The notes: a model not told the origin generated them from the letters alone. Shown: positions 37,721-50,946, counted from the first letter of the stretch. The stretch is DNA of 64,000 nt from Takakia lepidozioides (GCA_030704615.1 CM060731.1:22196001-22260000), one strand, 5' to 3'. A program made the numbers and translations.

Positions 37721-38238
37721 TACACTTCGTGGCTCGAAAACGGGCTGGACCCGTTGTTGGGAAGAGAGGGTGCTAAAGTCTTGCGAATCGCCTGCCTCTC
37801 CTTGTTGGGTTTCGAATTGCAGCTCTGCGAGGGGGCCATGGCACCCAGCCGATTGCACCTGCCTTGTCTTTGTCAGAAAATGAGCAAGCCAAAGAATTCG
37901 CTCAAGGAGACCAAAAAGTCCAGCATTGTTGACAGTCCAGGCGTACTGACTCGACACCACACCTGAGCTGCAAATACAACGGACCACACAAGTTGGGCAC
38001 GACTGGCCTACTGGGTGCTCAGCCTGTCCCAGCGCTTAGGCAGCAGGGCTGCCAGGGCCCCCTGCGCGCACCCGCCACCACAAACAGGGATCACTACACC
38101 CTGATCACCACTAACGCCAATGTGTAAACAACAAGCGCATACCCATGGCAACAGCAAGGCCAGATGGACTCCTGCCCCAAGATATATATTATAATAGTGC
38201 TAAAACAAACTCACCTCTGGCACTCACAGATGCAAGCA

Positions 38239-38252
38239 TCATCTCTCTCGAG
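38239..38252 (-). promoter_or_regulatory. Putative self-priming primer-binding site of copy 2
   Basis: CTCGAGAGAGATGA directly after the repeat end (...TTATCA) is the exact reverse complement of TCATCTCTCTCGAG inside the same repeat (38441-38454). It lacks the TGG start of a tRNA PBS. Confidence 0.75.
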
Positions 38253-38607
38253 TGATAAGAAAGCTAAGAACACACTGTTCACACAAGAAACAACATGAAT
38301 CCAGCAGCATCACTCTTTAAGATAATAGTCGAGCCAGGGGCACCCCAAGCTATGGGGACTCCACCCCACAACAACCTATACTCCCTACATAAGCACACTC
38401 AGATTCTAAAGTGTGAAGGAGCTCGGTCGCGCAGGCTCAACTCGAGAGAGATGAGCTGCGCGACTGAGGCTCTCGTGAAGATAAGATGGTTCAGGTGTCA
38501 AGCTCAAACTTGACACCTGACTTAACACTTGAACTAAATCCAAGTGTTAAATACAAATAACTAGTTTTATTCTAGTTAGTTTCACACTATGTTTATTTAA
38601 CTTGACA
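38253..38607 (-). repeat. 5' terminal repeat B of copy 2 (355 bp, TGTCA...TCA)
   Basis: The first ~83 bp are near-identical to 22413-22495, and it shares the TTATCTTCACG and CTCATCTCTCTCGAGTTGAGCC blocks with copy 1 B. Confidence 0.88.
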
Positions 38608-40935
38608 AAGCCCTCAACACACTCTCTTTCAATAACTAGTGTTATGGAGGTGAGAGAGGCTTATGGAGGCTCAACTACAAGAAGATGAGCCCTCCTCAAC
38701 CCTCACAAGGGGAAAACCCATCCCCATGTCCCAAGTGAGGTTTGATACCTCACTTGGCATATGAGACCAAATGAAGTCCCAACACACAAAATATAAATAT
38801 AAATATCTAAAATGTCCTAGTTAACTAGAAGTAGGTAATTCTAGTTAACCATGACTAAAATCATGACAGCTGTCGTGCACCTAAGTATCGTGCCACAACA
38901 TACATCGTTGTCCATCACACATTCTAAGCATACAGTCCTAGAAAGTTATGCCACAATCGCCCCCCTAGCTGGTGATTAGGTCCCTCTAACACTGGATAGC
39001 CGACAAGTATCTATCCCAATAAGATCATCGCTTAGTCTTCAATCGCACAAGTCCCAGCATCTAAAGTCGATAGATCAAGAGGCCGGGTGCAAAAGTAGCC
39101 CCATCATTAGTCGCCTTGGACTGCAATCCATGATCTTCAGTTGAGTATCCATGGCATTGAAGCCCCACTAGCTAGACCTTGGATCACTTGTTAGCCTCAC
39201 CATTGCCATGCCCACTACCTCTGTCCAAGGCATCGTGAACACAACCACTCTCCGCTAGGAACCTCCTCAAGTGGCGGTGTCAAACATCCCATTTGCCACC
39301 CCCTTGAGCATTTATCACACACCAACATGGTTGCGGCACCACCAGCATGCCCACATAGCATGCAACGCAACCCTGCAGATACCACTGCAAGGTTGGGATC
39401 TATCCTCCCATCCACATGTAGGATGTGACATGGCTCACAATTGCGCACATGATCATTCCATATCATCCATCTTGACCTTCTAGAATCAACATTCCTGAAA
39501 GCAACACCTCCCTGACCCTTAGAATCACATGTCTTGTTGTGACATCCAAGGTCGTAGATACTGTCTGCTGCAGGTATACATAGTCCCCAGGGTTGAATCT
39601 CCGAACACCCGGTCGATATCCGCCTCCACGTATGGTGGCATACCTCAATGTGTCTCGGTGTTGGGCAATAGCAAGGTTCTCAAAAGCCATAGGCATGACT
39701 CTCTTCAACAACTTTGCCCGCTAGTCATATGCTCGTGTCCACACATCCGGATCATCAAGGTCAAGGACTACTGCAGCCTCCCTACAAATAGATGCAGGCA
39801 AATCTGGTTCTCGGCCGAAGAGAAGAAGGTAAGGTGAGAATGAGGCAAGTGATGTTTGCTTGCTAAACTTGTAGCCCATAGCCAACCAAGGTAGCTGAAG
39901 GTCCCAATCCCCTAAGTGTCCCTTCTACAAGCCATATTTGCGCAAGCCTCTCTTGACTATCTGAACAACTCTCTCTCCGCCAAGCCATCAGCCTCGGGAT
40001 GATCCCAAGAAGTAGTGCGGTGGTCTATCAAGGCTTGCTCACACAAAGCCTGAAACTCCCCCAAGAACTCTCTCCCCTGGTCCGTGAGTACCTCGGGTGG
40101 AGCACCGAATCGGCTAAGAACTCGATCTAAGAATGCATACGCAGCCCCCTTACTTGCCTTGTCAGGCAATGCCACCAGTTCAATCCATTTGGAGAAGTGT
40201 TCAACCATCACCAGCACATACTTATTATGGCAAATCGTTAGTGGCAATGGGCCTGCAAAGTCAAGGCTCCAATGATAGCCCAAACCCATAATGGGTAAAG
40301 GCTGCAATTGTGGAGTAGGGGCGTCGAAAGAAGCCCACACTCTATCACACACCATGCATCTTGTCACTAACTGTTGCATATCCGTGTGCATGCCCCGTCA
40401 CCAGTACTGCCCTTGCAACAAACTATGAGTGCGCCGCACCCCAAAATGTCCCAACTCCTCATGGGCATGGTGTACCAATCGCGTTCGTTGTGTTGGATGA
40501 GGCACAATCCTCACTCGTCCATCCGCCCATACACGGAGTAGGTGAGTCCCCTTCCACTTGAACCTCTTGGCTCGTTGTAGGATCCGATCTCTCTTCTTCG
40601 CAGTCACACTGGCCAGCTAAGAAGGATATTTATGGCAATTGGACAGAAAGAAGGATGTGTGGGGACTATCGTCGTGTGAACCATCAGACTAAGTCCGATA
40701 GATATGTCATGTCAACTTCAGAGGAAATCTTTGATGCCATTGGGCATGCGAAGGTGTTTAGCATATTGGACTTACGATTGGGTTTGATCACCAGTTGCCA
40801 ATCAAAGAGGCTGACAAGCAAAACACGACATTCCGGGGGATTGACCAGCATAGGAATAATTGTTTGTACCAATGGCGGTTCCTTCCGTTTGGGTTGAAGA
40901 ATGCTCCTACAGAGTTTCAGAGGGTCATGGATAGG

Positions 40936-43900
40936 TGTCGCGCACCTCACTTCGGTAAACTCCCCTTCAAGTCATAGTTACTCGCTTTGATGCGCGCGCC
41001 TGACTCCCAACCTGGCCGCCGGGCCAACTTGGAGCTTCGGCTGCTCACCGGGACATAACGGTCCCCCTTCGCTCCCCCACTAAACCCTCCACCTATTTGG
41101 GCCTAGTGGAATTCCTTTTGGTAGATGGCAGTCCGGAACAGCTCCCCACTCTTTGGTCGCTTTCCGGCTCGCTCGCTCACTCACTAGTTTTTGGTCACCA
41201 ACGGGCTTGCACCGTTCTCGGGGTTACTACTCCCTATATATACTTCTGTAGCTGTCCGCGGGGGTTTCACAACCAGCCATGCCATTTTATGGCGAACCAC
41301 CACGAAAACCCTCGACTCCCGGTGATGAGTCGCGGTGAGTCTTGGCCCACTCATCACGGCCCCTATGGACCGTGATGAGTCCCAAGACTCCCCCCGACTC
41401 CCACCGCGAGGTCCCCGCCCCCAGGGTGAGTCCTATGCCACCCCCACTAAGTCCCGCTAAGCTACCACCACCCCTTGTGGAGCCACCCCCACCGCAACCC
41501 GGTGTGCGGGGCTCCACCTAGTGAGCGCCTCCGCCTCCTTGAGTGCCTTGGGCACTCAAGGGTGCTTCAGCCCCCCCATCCTATCGCTGCCGCTGCCCCC
41601 ACCACAGGGGCAGCCCCTCACGTGTCCCGACCCCCCCCCTCAAGGCAAAGGGCCCGACACACACCCCTACCAACAGGGAGTCGATGTCCTCATCGACTTG
41701 TCCATTTTGTAGAAACGAACATCCAAGTTGTGGCGTCCCACATCAAGGAGTTTGTTTCCGTACCATGGCGTCCCATGGCAAAGAACCAAACCCCACACTT
41801 GACTCTACTCTCCACTAGCTAGTTCGGCCGACTTCCTCCAAGTCCCGGCCAAGGGTGGAGCCTCTCAAGCTCCTCCCAGTGCACTCTTCTTGGCCTACTT
41901 CAAGGCCAAGGAACGATCCTCCCCGAGGATCGAATCGCCTTACTGCAACAACATTGCTTGCGACCGCTCATGATGCCGCTTTTGGCATCACCTTGAGCAA
42001 GGGTTCACCTGGAACCCTCTTTGACTAGGAAGATAACCTTGAACCAACCGTGCGCCCCAATCACTACAATTAGGTCCGCCTTGGAATGTTGGCCTGAGGT
42101 ACGGGAACACGCCGAAGCCGCACTACGACTTCGTGGCTACACGATTATAGTACGTGAACGGAAGCACGTAGCTTCCGCGTTAGCCCGCACTACAAGGCAA
42201 CCCTCTCGGTAGCGCAGTTATAGTACGCGCACGCGCCAGGTGCGCACTAGCACGTGAACTCCCAAAGAAGGCACAAGTTTCCTTGCCCCTTGGATGGGGG
42301 TCACCCGATTTTGGCACTACGCAAACACACGGTTAACCCAATTTACCTCTCCCACTTTTATAAGCTAGCATGCATTCTACACACTAGCCAACCATACCAT
42401 GCATCACCATTCCAAACAAAATAGGACGCACAACATTTGGAAGCCATTTCATTTATAGCACGTTTTGTACAATACAAGTTTTTGCAATCGGATTCCTAAG
42501 CTAGCTAAGCCGGGCTAAGCATGCATTTCCTCCCCCACGCTCCAAGGTTGATGTCCCCATCAACGCTTCTTCCGCTTTTGAGGTCGCCCTTCGAAAACTG
42601 CAACCGCCTCGGATGCGTTTCCCATTTCTGAGGCACGCACCCAAGATGCCTCCACCTGATGATAGCCCTTCCATTTGACGAGATACTCCGTTTCTCGGTT
42701 CTTGAACCTCCTCGACTTAAGTATTGCCTCCATCTCGTACTCAGGTTCATTTTCATGATCCAACAGCATAGGTGGCGGACGCAACACTTGATGCCGATTC
42801 GGACGCGCTTCATCTTTGAAGTAAGGCTTCAAAAGGGAGACATGGAATACTGGGTGCACCTTGCTGTTTGCCGGCAGTTCCAATTCATACACATCCTCAT
42901 TCATGACCTTTCGAATGCGAAAGGGTCCCGCATACGGAGGTACGAACTTCGAACTGACTTCCGGAGGTAGTCGGAAATTCTTGATGTTCAACCAGACCTC
43001 TGTGCCTGCCTCAAACTTCACTTCCCTCCGCTTCCGATTCGTCTGCCTTTCATACCGTTTCCTAGCTTTGGCAATGTTGTACTTTGCGAGCTTCAACAAA
43101 CGCTCGCGTTCTTCCAGTACTGCCGCTACTGCCGGTTCCTCAACGTCCTGGGCGGCCCAACTTGTCGGCACCAGAGGTTCCATAGACCAATACAAAAGGG
43201 GAAACTCCCGTTGCGGAGTGTTCTGTGTTATTATAACAGAACTCTGCTGCGTCTAAGTGTTCCACTCAGTCTGTTAGGTCTGCCGACACGTAATTCCGCA
43301 AGATTTGCTTCACTATGGAATTCACTCTTTCTGTTTGGCCGTCGGTCGTAGGTCGGAAGGCGGTGCTCATCTTCAGCCTCGTCCCCATCTTCTTCCAAAG
43401 TGCCCTCCAAAATTTACTCGTAAACTTTGGATCGCGGTCCGAGACAATATCCTTCGAGACTCCATGATGCTTTAAGACGTGGGCGAAGTAAAGTCGCCCT
43501 GTCTCCTGCGCCGTTGCCGTCTCCTTGGTGGGGATGAAATGACCCATTTTACTGAACCTATCCACCACCACCATGATTGCATCGAATCCTTTTGACAGCG
43601 GCATAGCAGTCATGAAATCCATCGAGACGCTTTCCCAAGTCCCCTCTGGAATCGGCAAAGGTTGTAACAGCCCCGCTTGCTTTTTGTACTCGCTCCGGTT
43701 TTGTTGGCATGTGGTGCATGTCTTGACATACTCCTCTGCCTCCTCCCTCAGTTTGGGCCAAAAACACTCTTTCTTCAAGAGTGCTGCAGTGCGCTTGGCT
43801 CCGCCGTGGCCCGCAAGCGGGCTATCATGGCATTATCTCAAGAGGCTATCTCTGATCCCTCCCTTCGGCACGTAGAGACGCTTTTGCTTATACTGGAGCA

Positions 43901-46900
43901 GTCCATTTTGCAAGTGGAACTGCGATTTAATCCCCATCCTCAAGTCCTGCATCACGGACTTCGCCAGCTCATCCTTCCGACAAGCCTTCCGGATCTTCCT
44001 TTGGAGCGCCGTCTCGCTCTTGTACACCAACAAGAGCTGATGCTTTCTACTTAAAGCATCGGCCACCACGTTGTCTCGCCCCGGTTTGTACTGGATATCC
44101 ACGTCGAACACCGCCAAAGTATCTTGCCACCTAAGTTGTTTTGGGGACAACTTGGGCTGTGTGGTAAAATACTTCACCGTGACATTATCCGTGAACACCT
44201 TCATTGGGTTGGAACCAACATAGTGGCGCCAAAGCTCAAGACAGTGCACCACCGCCTTCATCTCTTTCTCGTGCGTCGGCCACCGTTGCTCCACTTCATT
44301 CAGTTTCTTACTTTCGTAAGCCACTGGACGTCCATCTTGCATCAGTACACCCCCAATCGCGAAGTCCGACGCATCTGTATGTATCTCGAACGGACGATCG
44401 AACTCCGGGATTTTCAAGACTGGAGCTTCCGCCATCCGCTGCTTCAATTCAGCAAAAGCTTGGCCACAAAAGGTGTTCCATGCCCAGACTTTAGATTTAC
44501 ACAGAAGGTCTGACAACAGCCCCGCGATCTTGGCGAAATTTCTCACATACTTCCGGTAATAGGAGGCGAGTCCAAGGAAGGATCGCACTCCCGGGACCGA
44601 AGTCGGAGGCTCCCAGTCCAAGATCGCCCTCACCTTTCTGTCATCCATTTTGATCCCATCCTGTGTAATCACATGCCCCAGGAACTCCACTTTTGTGACC
44701 CCGAATTCGCACTTTGAAGCTTTGGCATACAGCTTCTCTTCCCGCAATTTCTGGAACACCCTTTTGAGGTGCTCCAGGTGCTCCTCCTTTGTTTTCGAAT
44801 ACACCAAGATGTCGTCGATGTACACGATCACAAAGTCATCCAACCACTCCTGGAAAAGGCTGTTCATCAGCGTGCTAAATGTCCTACCTTGCTAACTCAT
44901 ACCTTGTCCTGCACGCGGTCTTCTCCTCATCTCCTTTTGCCACTTGAATTTGATGATAGCCGGAGCGCAGATCGATCCGGCTGAAATACTTTGCTCCTGC
45001 CAACCGATCGAAAAGGTCGTTGATCCTTGGCAAAGGGTACCGGTTTTTGATAGTCACCTTATTCAGAGCCCTGTAATCGACACACATCCGCAGCGTCCCA
45101 TCCTTTTTATCTGCAAATAGCACCGGGGCTCCGTAAGGTGATTTACTCGGCCGGATGTACCTCTTTGACATTAGATCTTTGAGCTGAGTCTTCAGCTCGA
45201 CCAACTCTCTGTGGCTCAACCGGTAGGGCGCCTTGGCAGGCGGTTCCGATCCCGGTATCACCTCAATCTTGTGGTCAACTCCTCTTCGCGGTGGCAAGCC
45301 GCTTGGCAAATCCTCCGGCATCACATCATGGTATTTCTCCAAAATCCCCTTGATCCAATCTGGGATCGGCTCTCCATCGCCTTCTTCCTTCACTTCTCTA
45401 ATGTAGAGCAAAAACTGGGGCTCGTGTGCCTCCTCCACGGCCCACTCCCTTGCTGATAGAAGGTTTATTCGCCCTCCCACGGGATTGGGCGTTTCCGAAA
45501 CTCGTAAGATCTCGCCACCATTCCAACATGGCAGCGTGACTACCCTCTTGCGGCCATCTATGACCGCTCCGGATTTGCTCAAAAAGGTCATCCCCAAAAT
45601 GAGATCCACTCCATCGATCTCGCAGACGGTGAAGTTCTCACATCCCTCCCAACTCCCCAGTTGAAGAGGAACATCGAACGCCAACCTCGTCGCCAATTGC
45701 GGTTCTCCTTTGGCAGAACGCACCTCAATAGAGGCCCCTACGTTAGTTGTCGGGAGTCCCAGCTTTTGTGCCGTTGCCGGTGTCATGAAGGAGTGCGACG
45801 CTCCTGTGTCCACCAACAATGACACGTTAGTTCCGGATATTATCCCATCCACGAATAATAAGTGACTCCCTTTACGCAATGCGCCAGTTTCCTGATACAA
45901 CTCACAAGAATATTTGCCTACCTTGCAAGTCCTGGCGACCACCGCTTCTACCAAGCGACTGATGGTATCTTCCGACAGTTCTGTGGTCGCGCGAGTCATG
46001 TTCAATTGCCGGGGCTTCGTGCACTTCTTGGCCATGTGCCCGGGCTCCCCACAATTGAAACACACTCCATCAAAGGTTGCCTTCTATCCGCCATAGGCCG
46101 CTCCACCCGCTTTTCCTTTCGAAGCACCGGGTGCCGCCTTGACTTGTGATGGCCCTCCCTTCGATTTCCACATGCTGTTGTCGCCGCGTGGCCTATCCCA
46201 CTTCTTTTCCGGTCGGACGGAGTCACCTTCCCGCCGGGTCTTCTTGTGGTTCAGCTCCGTACGGCCTTGTCTTTCACCCCTAGGGACATCTAAAAAACAT
46301 TCAGCCCTCTCAATTGCCTCGTTCAAAGTCTTAGGTGGCTTCTCCTCCAACTTCCGCCTGGCCCATGGGGCCAACCCCGCCACAAAGTTGAAGACCATTT
46401 CTGGTTCCGCCATATCCGCGACTTCGAGCAACAGCACATTGAAAGCCTGGACATATCCCCGAATGTCATCTGTTTGCTTCAAATTCCTCATCCTGTCTCG
46501 GGCAAGCCAGGACGCATTGAGGGGCACAAACTGTCTCTTCATCAATTCCTTGAACCCACTCCAGTTCAAGGTTTCCGGACTTGGACCTCGGTCGTGAAGG
46601 CGTTTCTGCCACCATTGTTGAGCATAGCCCCTCAAATAGGTGGGAGCCACTTCCACCCGATCCTCGTCACTCAACTTGGCCGCCCGGAAGTACTGCTCTA
46701 GCTCCAGGAGCCAGGTGTTGAGTGCCTTCCGATTTCGGACGCCCTCAAAGGTGCCGGGTTCCTTAGGCTTCACCTTAAACTTTGCCTTAGTGGAAGTGGC
46801 ATTAGCCGCCTTCAACACGTCTTTCAACGTCCCGCCAAACTGCGCCAACAACCCTTCCCAAAAAGCTGTCGGCATGGGAGGCATCTCTTGGTTTGTCGGA

Positions 46901-47866
46901 GCTCTCAAGGATTCCTTGGGCTCCGACTCCTCGGATTCCTCCCACTCTTGAGCGGCCTCGTTTTCGGAAACATGCATCGCTTCCTCAAACGGCCGCCTCG
47001 GTGACACGTCGCCCCCATCGGGCTCACCAGGATCATCATCTTTTGGGCCGTTCCACTTTCGCTTTGGCTTGCCCGACCCCATGATGAGGCCAATCCCAAG
47101 GACGATCGCGTACTGAACTCTAAGCTCTGATACCAAGTGTCGCGCACCTCACTTCGGTAAACTCCCCTTCAAGTCATAGTTACTCGCTTTGATGCGCGCG
47201 CCTAACTCCCAACTTGGCCGCCGGGCCAACTTGGAGCTTCGGCTGCTCACCGGGACATAACGGTCCCCCTTCGCTCCCCCACTAAACCCTCCACCTATTT
47301 GGGCCTAGTGGAATTCCCTTTGGTAGATGGCAGTCCGGAACAGCTCCCCACTCTTTGGTCGCTTTCCGGCTCGCTCGCTCACTCACTAGTTTTTGGTCAC
47401 CAACGGGCTTGCACCATTCTCGGGGTTACTACTCCCTATATATACTTCTGTAGCTGTCCACGGGGGTTTCACAACCAGCCATGCCATTTTATGGCGAACC
47501 ACCACGAAAACCCTCGACTCCCGGTGATGAGTCGCGGTGAGTCTTGGCCCACTCATCACGGCCCCTATGGACCGTGATGAGTCCCAAGACTCCCCCCGAC
47601 TCCCACCACGAGGTCTCCGCCCCCATGGTGAGTCCTATGCCACCCCCACTAAGTCCCGCTAAGCTACCACCACCCCTTGTGGAGCCACCCCCACCGCAAC
47701 CCGGTGTGCGGGGCTCCACCTAGTGAGCGCCTCCGCCTCCTTGAGTGCCTTGGGCACTCAAGGGTGCTTCAGCCCCCCATCCTATCGCTGCCGCTGCCCC
47801 CACCACAGGGGCAGCCCCTCACGTGTCCCGACCCCCCCCCTGTCCTCAAGGCAAAGGTCCGCGACA
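40936..47866 (-). mobile_element. Ty3/Gypsy chromovirus (group I chromodomain, tRNA-iMet PBS), defective, nested in the RT of copy 3
   Basis: LTRs 47138-47866 and 40936-~41659, TSD ATAGG, PBS TGGTATCAGAGC (47124-47135). Gag 46084-47136, LVDTGAS protease, YIDD RT, RNase H, integrase with GPF, chromodomain EYEMEAIL...YLVKWKGY...SW. The RT lacks the MPFGL segment and the integrase has stops. Confidence 0.96.
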
Positions 47867-48490
47867 ATAGGATTCTTGAGGGGCTAGACTTCGCCCGGTG
47901 CTACATTGATGACATCATCATCTTTAGTGCTATGATTGAGTAGCACGAGAGACACCTTCGGATGGTGTTTGAGCGCTTGAGGGCGCATGGGTTGAAATTG
48001 CACCCTGAGAAGTGCAAGTTCTTTCACAGCCAGATTGAATATCTGGGCCACATGATATACCCTAGAGGATTGGGTGTTCAAAAAACGAAGGTGGAGGCCA
48101 TTGCACGCATTCCATGCCCCATAAATGTTAGCAGAGTTCGTGCTTTCATGGGGTTGACAAACTACTATCGACGGTTTGTCAAGGGATTTAGCAGCATTGC
48201 AAAGGCTCTTACCAAGTTGACCAAAGTGGGTCAGGAGTGGCAGTAGGAGGACGAGCAGGAGGAAGCCTTTGAGAAACTCAAGGCTCGATTGATTTCAGCA
48301 CATATTTTGAGGCGGCCTTTCCAGCTACATACGGATTGAAGTATGTTGGGGATTGGAGCAGTGCTCACACATGTGGATGATGAGGGAAGAGAGTTCATAG
48401 TTCTTTTACTGCCCTCTTTACTATGAGATCCAGGGGAGATTCCACGGTCTGTTCCGTGCGATCTCTCATCGAGGTCTTCAATTATGAGGA

Positions 48491-48800
48491 TCAGAAATGT
48501 TTGCAGCTTATAATTTTCCCACCAAACTCAGCCTCATCATCCGAAGCTTCAAGGATAGTCTGGCGCACACTTACAAGGTCTGTTGGTTGAAGCTTCACAG
48601 GTTTCCAGGGATTGACATGTGAGGCATTCTGACATTTCAGGAAATGTCCATCCAAACATGAAGCGCAAAAGCAAGACAAGTCTCTTGTCTTTATGTTAGT
48701 AGGATTGATGAGATCACTTGCATAAACACTATGCATGCTCTGACTTCCCTTGACAGTGCTGCAGTCCCACCGCTTTTCCCGCTCAACAGTTGAACAACAA
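48491..48800 (-). mobile_element. Fragment of a probable DNA-transposon transposase C-terminus
   Basis: WDCSTVKGSQSMHSV...RDLSCFCASCLDG...CQN is a Cys-rich tail like those of some DDE (possibly Sola-type) transposases. No termini identified. Confidence 0.3.
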
Positions 48801-50452
48801 CCCACAAGGGAGCGAAGTTGGATTTTCATGGTGGTCTTGTTGCTCAAGCTGTGCCATAGAATAGGTATCTCGGTGAATGTTTTCATGTGAACATGCTAGA
48901 TTTGTGGTTGTGAATGAGATGAGTTACATAGATGGCAAAAAGGAGCACAAGCAAAGCAGTCCCTCAACCATTGGGTGGTCAAGATGTTTTTGGAGGGAGT
49001 ATTGGACCAAAGCGCCAGACTAAGGTAGTTTGGTGTATGTTGCATGTTGATCATTTTAATGTAGGGCATTGTATTTATTGAGAGGTCATCAAAATTCTGA
49101 TTTCATCCTCATGTTTTGATATCCATGTGTTTGGGCTGTTTGGGCAGAAATTTAAACTCGTTCATAATTTGAAGGCTGAGCCTTTGGACAAAGCAGTTGC
49201 ACGGGAAGGGTGTGTGGTGATGGGTTCCCCAACTTCAGCATGTGCATAGCGATTTGTCTTGAAGGAATCGGGGTTGTCATGTATGGAAATCTGAAAGAGT
49301 ACATGAGGGCTGAAAACAAAGTCAATACGAATATCCCATTTCGCAAAATCAACAATTTGTCTCAGCCGGATGAGCAGATTACTCTTGTGGCAGAGTACAT
49401 TTTGTCAAAGAAAAATATGATATAAGAAATTTGGAGACTTGTAGGAGGTTAAATACCATGTGAGTCCAAGAGCAATATAAGTGTGTGCTTGAGCATTGCA
49501 ACGGAGGGGAAAGAACAAGTCACTTTTTGACATTTAACAACATGGTTTTTTGTCAAATTATCAAAACAATCTCCTTTTTGAATAATAGTAAAAATAACCC
49601 ATTTTTCCAAGTGATAAAGGAAAATGTAAACAAAAATTTGTATAGTTTTTTTTTTTTTTTTTTTTTTTTCAAACTTACTCTTTTTTCTAGTTGAATCATG
49701 AACCTAAAATTCTTCCTAATGAAACAAAATTTGATAAACACTAGGTAAAATGCTTTCATTTTGCTTAATGTGTGATCATATTCTGGTTGCTGCTTTGTTT
49801 GATGTATCGTATTTCTTGATTAGTACAAAGCATCTAGTAAAGTGCATAGAAATTTAGAGCTAATTGCCGCGTAGTAAGCCAAAATAATCTCATTGTGATT
49901 TTTCTTCACTAATCATTTATTTGTGTTACATGTGCTTCAATTTTGGTGTCTTGTGCATTTTTTCCCCCTGGCTCTTTTGTGTGGCTTGTTTAGATTTTCA
50001 AATCAATTAACGCTTGCTATTTGCACTGAATACAAACGTGTACTTAATTTAGATTAGAACCAGTGCTGGGTGGGTAAGATTTTGAATGAATGGGGACATA
50101 AGAGTGTTTCCAATGTGGTGCCATAAATAGGACAGACAAGGTATGAATCAGTGTTGGTCTGGTATCATGTTTTGGAGATACCAGGAGGGTCCCGGTAGTA
50201 TAAAAATTTAGAGATTCCCAAACAAGGGTATGCAATATTAAAGAAAAACCCAGATTTTGGTACGTGTAGGGTATCAATAATGTCAGCATTTCACATTTGC
50301 AGACCAAGCGTGTTGGTATGAAAACCTTGATACCTGCTGATATCAACTTCAGGTAAAGTATTAAAAAATTTCATTCCAGAAAGAAGCATACACTCATTGT
50401 AGCATGCAAATTCACATGCTTACTATATAATGACGTACAACATTATGTACTA

Positions 50453-50578
50453 GGTAGCGCCCCGCAAGGGCGCTGCTACTGGATGTAGCCGAGTTTCTAC
50501 CTACGGGTCGAGGGTAGGGGTCGAGGGTAGGTAGAAACTCGGCTACATCTAGTACAACGCCCTTGTGGGGTAGCTACC
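50453..50578. repeat. Long hairpin (~50-bp arms) with a duplicated GGGTCGAGGGTAGG loop
   Basis: 50453-50503 is the imperfect reverse complement of 50528-50578; the core GATGTAGCCGAGTTTCTACCTA is perfect. Confidence 0.9.
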
Positions 50579-50946
50579 GTGCATAGCGAATTGGTTCAGT
50601 CTTAAGCCAGGAGGTACTTGCTACCCGGGCACTCAGTTTTTGATTTTGAGATTTTAGTTTTAGGCGCTGGCGCTATTGCACAACGAGCTCCAAGCTCGAA
50701 CTGTGAACTGGGAGCTGCGTGCATGCTACTTCAATAACGTACGATATTTATACACTGGAATGCCTAGTTTTCAAATCCTCTCGTGTGTTTTGCAAAATCC
50801 ATTCTGCTGTGCGATTCATCATTTCTTGATTTCAGAATTGTAGTTGTGGTTGGTGGCGATGGATACTTTGAAAGCGACCAGGACTCTGCTAGGAAGAGGG
50901 ACATAGTAGCTTCTTTGAATAAGATTTATGAGCTTCTTCTGCTGTT

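Larger units (their letters stand above)
22413..38607 (-). mobile_element. Copy 2 of the DNMT/PHD Gypsy family, near full length (B-PBS-cargo-extra ORF-gag-PR-DNMT-RT-RH-IN-PHD-PPT-A-B)
   Basis: The 5' B (38253-38607) matches the 3' B remnant (22413-22495). A1 lies at 22498-22582 and the PPT at ~22584-22593. The domain order is continuous on the minus strand; the extreme 3' end is deleted. Confidence 0.88.
22304..48400 (-). mobile_element. Copy 3 of the DNMT/PHD Gypsy family (outermost, degraded; hosts copy 2 and the chromovirus)
   Basis: IN-PHD on minus at ~39215-40610, then PPT, A2 (38871-38955) and B3 (38608-38868). The end of B and a second A2 reappear at 22304-22412, beyond copy 2. The RT part is inverted onto plus (40613-40935 and 47867-~48400). 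No DNMT or 5' end remains visible. Confidence 0.75.
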
